DNA of 45,854 bases from an uncultured bacterium (GTDB lineage Bacteria; Fidelibacterota; Marinisomatia; Marinisomatales; UBA1611). This document shows positions 40,132 through 45,854 of this stretch, piece after piece. Location: NCBI GenBank assembly GCA_964478995.1, contig CAYZJY010000005.1, forward strand, positions 1 through 45,854. The letters run 5' to 3'. The notes beneath the pieces were generated by a model. That model had not been told where the DNA came from and searched no databases. It saw only the letters and a list, made by a program, of their open reading frames with translations. Both the position numbers and the translations under genes were made by a program. Every line of letters starts with the position of its first letter. Positions within the stretch are counted from its first letter, which is position 1.

Positions 40132-42345
40132 ATGTCTTTATTTAATAGAGCGGAGGTCATTGATCAGAATTTCACTCGATGGGTAGCCGCTGGCGAATTT
40201 CCCCAAGCAAAGACAGTAATATCATTACCCCAAAATGATATATTAAAGACCGATCTGATATCTTTATTTGAATCCCAGATCACTAGTCGACACATGGATA
40301 TTTTTGCACGTCAACTAAAGGATAGTGGAGAATGCTTTTATACCATTGGTAGTTCAGGTCATGAGGGCAATGCTGTCTTTGGTAAAATATTTTCAATTGA
40401 GGACATAGCATTTCTTCATTATAGAAGTGCACCCTTTTATTTAGAACGATCAAGGAAACTTCATAACTCTACTCCAATTTATGACATGGCATTATCTTTC
40501 ATGGCATCTTCAGAAGATCCAATAAGTGGAGGTCGACATAAGGTAATAGGTAGTGATGTACTCAATCTTCCGCCACAAACAAGTACGATCGCAAGTCACC
40601 TTCCTAAGGCTGTGGGCACTGCTTTCTCCATTGATCGCGCAAAAGACCTAAATCTTACTGAAAGTAAATTAGCTAATGAAAGCATAGTGCTTTGCAGTTT
40701 TGGAGATGCCAGTGCTAATCATGCAACAGCACTATCAGCCTTTAATACTGCTTGTTGGATCTCAAGCCAAGGTGGGCATGTTCCAATTATTTTCATTTGT
40801 GAGGATAATGGCACTGGTATTTCTGTACCAACGGATGGGGAATGGTTAGAGCAGAATTTTTCTAACCGATATGGAATGGAGTATATAAAAACGGATGGAC
40901 TACACTTAATTGATCTAATTCTAAAGACAAGAGAGGCAGAAAAGGCATGCCGATTAAATAGGACTCCTATTTTCCTCCATATGAAAACAATTCGTTTGAT
41001 GGGCCATGCAGGATCTGATGTCGAGGTAGGGTACAGGTCTATTCAAGATATAGAGAATGATGAATACAATGATCCATTAATGCACTCAGCACGGATCCTG
41101 GTAGAGAATGATTGTTTATCAAAAGAAGAGATCATAGGTCTATATGAAAAAAAACGTGAACAGATAACACATGTCTTTCATGCTGCTGTCTTAAGGCCAA
41201 AATTAAAAACAGCAAAAGATGTAATGTCAAGCATTTTGGCAAACAAGCATGTGCGGTCAACGCCCAAGAGCCCTTCAAGCGTTTTGCGAAAAAAAGTATT
41301 TGGGAAAGAATTTGATAGACTAAAATATCCACAACACATGGGGAAATTGATCAATTATGCATTGACAGATATTCTTTTACAGTATCCAAATACTGTTATT
41401 TTTGGTGAAGATGTTGCCCAAAAGGGAGGTGTCTATCATGTCACTGCAGGCCTATATAAACAATTTGGTGTTCGAAGGGTCTTTAACAGTCCATTGGATG
41501 AGACCTCCATTATTGGTTTTGGACTAGGCCTTGGGCATAATGGATTTGTCCCTATCCCAGAGATACAATTCCTTGCATACTTGCATAATGCAGAAGACCA
41601 ATTAAGAGGTGAGGCCGCGACCCTCCCTTTTTTCTCAGAAGGTCGATTTACAAATCCCATGGTACTTCGTGTACCAGGCCTAGCATATCAAAAAGGTTTT
41701 GGAGGGCACTTCCACAATGATAATTCCCTTACGATCTTTAGAGACATACCTGGTATTATATTAGCAGTCCCATCTAATGGTGCAGATGCGGTTAAGATGT
41801 TGAGGACTTCAGTTAGAGAAGCTCACGAAAATGGTCGAGTTATTATTTTCATTGAACCTATTGCCCTTTACATGACCAAAGACCTTCATGAAACAAAAGA
41901 TGGAAAATGGGTTCATGAATATCCAGAACCAAATAATGAGATAGCACTAGGCGAATTCATGGCATATGGTTCTGGTACGGCTTTAACAATTATCACTTAT
42001 GGTAATGGTCTTTATCTATCCTTAAAGGCAAAGAAGACCATAGAGTCAAAATCAAGAAAAAAAATAAAGGTCATTGATCTCAGGTGGCTTTCACCGATCG
42101 ATGTTCAAAAATTGATGAAGTCCATAGGGCCTTGTAAGAAAATTTTAATCGTAGATGAATGCCGGAGGACTGGATGCCACGGCGAAGAGATCTATATGAA
42201 ACTCAGTCAATCATCTAATAAGGCACTTGATATAGTTCTCCATGCGGCTGAAGACAGTTTTATTCCATTAGGCGTTTCTGCAACTGCTACACTTCCTAGT
42301 GAAGATTCAATTATAAAAAATGCAATGGACATGTTAAATGAGTAA
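40132..42345 (+). CDS. Fused alpha/beta E1 2-oxoacid dehydrogenase (TPP-dependent)
   Basis: YTIGSSGHE, TPP motif GDAS...EDN, GHAGSD; beta part FGEDVAQKGGVY, PLDE, EIQF, IDLRWL. Confidence 0.9.
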   Translation: MSLFNRAEVIDQNFTRWVAAGEFPQAKTVISLPQNDILKTDLISLFESQITSRHMDIFARQLKDSGECFYTIGSSGHEGNAVFGKIFSIEDIAFLHYRSAPFYLERSRKLHNSTPIYDMALSFMASSEDPISGGRHKVIGSDVLNLPPQTSTIASHLPKAVGTAFSIDRAKDLNLTESKLANESIVLCSFGDASANHATALSAFNTACWISSQGGHVPIIFICEDNGTGISVPTDGEWLEQNFSNRYGMEYIKTDGLHLIDLILKTREAEKACRLNRTPIFLHMKTIRLMGHAGSDVEVGYRSIQDIENDEYNDPLMHSARILVENDCLSKEEIIGLYEKKREQITHVFHAAVLRPKLKTAKDVMSSILANKHVRSTPKSPSSVLRKKVFGKEFDRLKYPQHMGKLINYALTDILLQYPNTVIFGEDVAQKGGVYHVTAGLYKQFGVRRVFNSPLDETSIIGFGLGLGHNGFVPIPEIQFLAYLHNAEDQLRGEAATLPFFSEGRFTNPMVLRVPGLAYQKGFGGHFHNDNSLTIFRDIPGIILAVPSNGADAVKMLRTSVREAHENGRVIIFIEPIALYMTKDLHETKDGKWVHEYPEPNNEIALGEFMAYGSGTALTIITYGNGLYLSLKAKKTIESKSRKKIKVIDLRWLSPIDVQKLMKSIGPCKKILIVDECRRTGCHGEEIYMKLSQSSNKALDIVLHAAEDSFIPLGVSATATLPSEDSIIKNAMDMLNE

Positions 42346-43357
42346 AAAAAGAATTGCAGTGATATGCCCAGGTAGAGGATCTTACACAAGAGATACGGTC
42401 AATTACCTTCAACAAAATGGCAATGCAGCAAAGGAACATATCGAGTGGATGGATGAAAAGCGTAAAGATCAAGAAAGGCCATCATTAACTAAACTTGATT
42501 CTCAACCTTTTAGAACTAAGACTCACATGGTAGGCGAGAATGCATCAGCATTGATATATGCCTGTAGCCTGGCTGATTTTATGAGTATGGATACAGACCA
42601 CTATGAAGTTGTATCGGTATTAGGTAACTCCATGGGTTGGTATACATCTTTAGCATTATCTGGTGCGATCACATTGAAAGATGGATTCTACTTGATCGAT
42701 ACCATGGGCTCAATGATGAAAGATGAGATTATCGGAGCTCAATTGATATACCCCATTACCCATGAAAATTGGAAGATAGATCAAAAGACCCATGAGATGG
42801 TATTATCCAAAGTACGTGAATCAGGTTCATTTGTATCAATAAAATTAGGTGGATACATCGTAATCGGAGGAGAAAAGAAAGTACTTCAGAAACTATCCAA
42901 AAATCTTCCAACACAAGAAAAGTATCCATTGGTAATACCTTACCATGCTGCTTTTCATACCCCCTTGCTTGAATCAATCTCTAGATCAGCGATCGATATT
43001 ATTGATCGATCAATCTTTAATAGGCCATCCATACCTCTCATAGATGGCAGAGGAAAGGTCTGGTCAACTTACAGTACGAATCCCAGAGGTCTTAGGGATT
43101 ATACACTAGGTCATCAGGTATTAAACACCTTTGATTTCACATCTTCAGTCACTGTGGCTCTAAAGGAATTCTGCCCTGACCTATTGGTATTGCTAGGTCC
43201 TGGAAATTCATTGGGTGGTGTGGTTGGTCAGATATTAATTGATAATAAATGGAAAGGTCTAGAATCTAAAAAAGACTTTTTAGATCTTCAGGCATCTGAT
43301 CCATTCATGCTCTCAGTAGGGATTCCAGAACAAAGGAAGATACTAAAGAAAAATTAA
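42338..43357 (+). CDS. FabD-fold acyltransferase (ACP S-malonyltransferase-like, atypical motifs)
   Basis: CPGRGS, GNSMG (Ser nucleophile), HAAFHT, LGPG; start overlaps the E1 stop. Confidence 0.85.
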   Translation: MSKKRIAVICPGRGSYTRDTVNYLQQNGNAAKEHIEWMDEKRKDQERPSLTKLDSQPFRTKTHMVGENASALIYACSLADFMSMDTDHYEVVSVLGNSMGWYTSLALSGAITLKDGFYLIDTMGSMMKDEIIGAQLIYPITHENWKIDQKTHEMVLSKVRESGSFVSIKLGGYIVIGGEKKVLQKLSKNLPTQEKYPLVIPYHAAFHTPLLESISRSAIDIIDRSIFNRPSIPLIDGRGKVWSTYSTNPRGLRDYTLGHQVLNTFDFTSSVTVALKEFCPDLLVLLGPGNSLGGVVGQILIDNKWKGLESKKDFLDLQASDPFMLSVGIPEQRKILKKN

Positions 43358-43408
43358 TTGTGTCAAATATACTGAAAAATTATTAATGAATTGATTAGGG
43401 TTAATAGA

Positions 43409-45160
43409 ATGAACAAGATGAAAATATGTGGATTTTTAATCATATTGACTTCCAATTTGATATTTGGCCAGTGCGAGGATAATGAATATTCGACAATTGG
43501 TGTATTAGATGATATTAATGAAGAAATCTATAATGATGATGAATCGGTCAATGCATATAGCATCTACTCATGGACATCTGATGATATAAATAGAATCCTT
43601 TCAGGAAATGGTATTCCAAACCATGAAGTAGGGACTTTCCCTAATGCAAATAATCCTAATACTATAAGCGAACAAAATGTAAATGAAGTTTTTACTCTTT
43701 GCCCGATAATAGTATCAGAAAATGGTGAGCCTGTAGGTGGCCCAGCCGGAGCTATCGCTTACGCAATTAATAGTGTAAAATTTGATCCTGCTACAGCAGG
43801 AAGATGTAACGATCAAGGAGAGTGTAGTCTAGCACAGGGGCAAGGAAATTGGAATATCGAAGCTCTTGGTCATGAGACATTTAATTTTGGAGATGACATG
43901 AATCATGCTCATGTACAACCTTCAGGTGAATATCATTATCATGGAATGCCTGAACTGCTAATTGACTTTTTAGGAGAGGATCAAGGCATGACCCTTGTTG
44001 GTTGGGCCTCAGATGGTTTTCCTGTGTATGCAAGATATGGCTATTCGGATCCAAATGATGCAACTAGTGAGCTTATATCCTTACAACCTAGTTGGAAGTT
44101 AAAGGAAAATCCTGATGAAGGTCGTCCAGATACCTTGACAGCCTTAGAAGGTGGTCCGGGGCAAGGAACAACCTATCCAAATATTCCTATCCCAATGGGA
44201 GCTTTTACTCAAGATTTTGAATATGAGGAAGGCTATGGAGACTTAGATGAATGTAACGGAAGAATAGGTGTAACCCCTGAATTTCCTGATGGTATATATT
44301 ATTACATGGTTACGGATGAATTTCCATTTTTTACCAGGTGCTTAAAAGGGGAAATTGGTACTGGAGGAGGCGATGATGTACCTGATTGCGAAGATGTTCC
44401 ACCGGGTAGTCCATGTTGCGGAGATGGAATTTGTGGTGGCCCAGAGACAGAAGATAATTGTCCAGAAGATTGTGCTACAGGAAACACGGGTCCTTCACTA
44501 ATAAATTTTTTGTTCTATGCAGATACAGTTAATACCAGTCAAGAGCCTGTTAATGTTGGTTATGTAATAGAAGCAGAGGATAATGATAATTATTTATCTA
44601 GTTATAGTCTTAGATTGATAATCAATGGCGGTCCAATGAATGGAGGAGAGATGTTAGAGAGTTCAGGGGATTTTGAAGCTGGGTTGATGTCTTCTTCCAT
44701 TAGTGGTGTCATAGAAATACCCATGGGCTCAACTGAAGGTCAATGGAATATTAGAATTATTTTAAGAGATGATCTTGATGCTATCACAAATATTGGGCCC
44801 AATGAGTTACAGAACCTAAATTTTCAAAATTATATCTACATCGACAATTCAGCACTTGGTCAAATAACAAATAGTCAACCTTTGCAATATTCTTTAAGTC
44901 AAAATTATCCAAATCCATTTAATCCTGTCACAACCATTGGATATGAAATACCAGAGTCAGGGCTTGTGAATATCACAATATTTGACATGATGGGAAGAGA
45001 GATTAATACGCTAGTGAATGGTCTACAAAATAGTGGATATCAATCCATTACATGGAATGCTACGGATCATCAAGGTGATCCAGTCCCAGCAGGCATTTAT
45101 CTATATAGATTAAAAGTTGGAGATTTCACACAGATAAAGAAAATGATACTTCTTAAATAA
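43409..45160 (+). CDS. Secreted YHYH-domain protein with Cys-rich module and FlgD-Ig/T9SS-like C-terminal domain
   Basis: Signal peptide; NGIPNH, GEYHYHG, GWASDGFPVY, DLDECNGR, YYYMVT; CCGDGIC...CPEDC; LSQNYPNPFNP...KKMILLK. Confidence 0.85.
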   Translation: MNKMKICGFLIILTSNLIFGQCEDNEYSTIGVLDDINEEIYNDDESVNAYSIYSWTSDDINRILSGNGIPNHEVGTFPNANNPNTISEQNVNEVFTLCPIIVSENGEPVGGPAGAIAYAINSVKFDPATAGRCNDQGECSLAQGQGNWNIEALGHETFNFGDDMNHAHVQPSGEYHYHGMPELLIDFLGEDQGMTLVGWASDGFPVYARYGYSDPNDATSELISLQPSWKLKENPDEGRPDTLTALEGGPGQGTTYPNIPIPMGAFTQDFEYEEGYGDLDECNGRIGVTPEFPDGIYYYMVTDEFPFFTRCLKGEIGTGGGDDVPDCEDVPPGSPCCGDGICGGPETEDNCPEDCATGNTGPSLINFLFYADTVNTSQEPVNVGYVIEAEDNDNYLSSYSLRLIINGGPMNGGEMLESSGDFEAGLMSSSISGVIEIPMGSTEGQWNIRIILRDDLDAITNIGPNELQNLNFQNYIYIDNSALGQITNSQPLQYSLSQNYPNPFNPVTTIGYEIPESGLVNITIFDMMGREINTLVNGLQNSGYQSITWNATDHQGDPVPAGIYLYRLKVGDFTQIKKMILLK

Positions 45161-45332
45161 TTTCATTAAGTGGAAGTTATTTTTTTACACATTTATGAGA
45201 AATAATTAATAGTAAACGAGATCAGGTTTTTTCTTAATTGATTTAGAGTGGTTTTAAAACCTGTTTTTCATTCTTTATACTGAATCTTTATTTAATATAT
45301 ACATTAATTTCAGCATAAGAATTAGGATAGAT

Positions 45333-45854
45333 ATGAAATCATTTGGGCCAGACTTTTATAATATTACAGAATTACTAACTGAAGAAGAGATCATGATTCA
45401 AAGGACTGCATTTGAATTTGTGCAAACTGAGTTCATGCCCCTTATCCATGAGCATTATGAAAATGCAACTTTCCCACTTGAACTTGCACCAAAACTAGGA
45501 GAAATGGGATTTATGGGCTCATCTTTGCCCGAAGAATCTGGAGGTTCAGGCGTAAGCAATGTTGCATATGGATTAATATTACATGAACTAGAGAGGGGTG
45601 ATTCTGGACTCCGTTCCTTTGCAAGCGTCCAGGGTGCCCTTGTGATGTACCCCATACATGCCTATGGGTCAGATGAACAAAAAACTAAATGGTTGCCTGG
45701 TCTTGGGGCTGGAACAATGATCGGATGTTTTGGATTGACCGAGCCTAATTTTGGTTCCAATCCTGGTGGAATGGTCACACGTTGCAAAAGAGATGGCGAT
45801 GATTGGATAATTAACGGGAACAAAATGTGGATCACGAATGGAACCCTTGCCGAT
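45333..45854 (+). CDS. gcdH: Glutaryl-CoA dehydrogenase (3'-truncated; absent from the ORF track)
   Basis: ATG 45333 after AGGA: MKSFGPDFYNITELL...YGLILHELERGDSGLRSFASVQGALVMYPIHAYGS...IGCFGLTEPNFGSNPGGM...KMWITNG, open to the window end. Confidence 0.88.
   Translation, partial: MKSFGPDFYNITELLTEEEIMIQRTAFEFVQTEFMPLIHEHYENATFPLELAPKLGEMGFMGSSLPEESGGSGVSNVAYGLILHELERGDSGLRSFASVQGALVMYPIHAYGSDEQKTKWLPGLGAGTMIGCFGLTEPNFGSNPGGMVTRCKRDGDDWIINGNKMWITNGTLAD

Overview
This is a bacterial chromosomal window. About 39 real genes all lie on the + strand; the minus-strand ORFs are antisense shadows. Dockerin and NYPNPFNP-type C-terminal domains, ThyX and few Shine-Dalgarno sites suggest a marine FCB-group organism such as Marinimicrobia (inference). 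Five blocks are visible. (1) 1-7033: an MSHA-like type IV pilin locus. It opens with a tandem array of at least three paralogues of an atypical pilin (G|NSLME and G|QSLAE cleavage sites). Two of them have their own sigma54 promoter with TGT-N11-ACA-type enhancer boxes. A major pilin, minor pilins and a PilX/MshP-LamG adhesin follow. (2) 7096-18240: a glycan scavenging and salvage cluster (GH29, GH109, SSS symporter, GHMP kinase, nucleotidyltransferase, GH2, GT2). (3) 18341-21637: a dockerin-bearing gingipain-like C25 protease. (4) 21711-36243: a lower-GC lipid-modification and photo-oxidative stress cluster. It has a UfaD/UfaO/UfaM-like furan fatty acid core, a second methyltransferase, a desaturase, DUF1295, a TMEM164-like protein, several lipid carriers, SOUL and a class II photolyase. 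(5) 36240-45854: sulfatase, CysQ-like phosphatase, an O-methyltransferase remnant, thyX, a fused E1 2-oxoacid dehydrogenase with an atypical FabD-like acyltransferase, a YHYH protein and a partial glutaryl-CoA dehydrogenase. No rRNA, tRNA, CRISPR array or mobile element was seen. Family calls come from motif recognition by eye, not from database searches.
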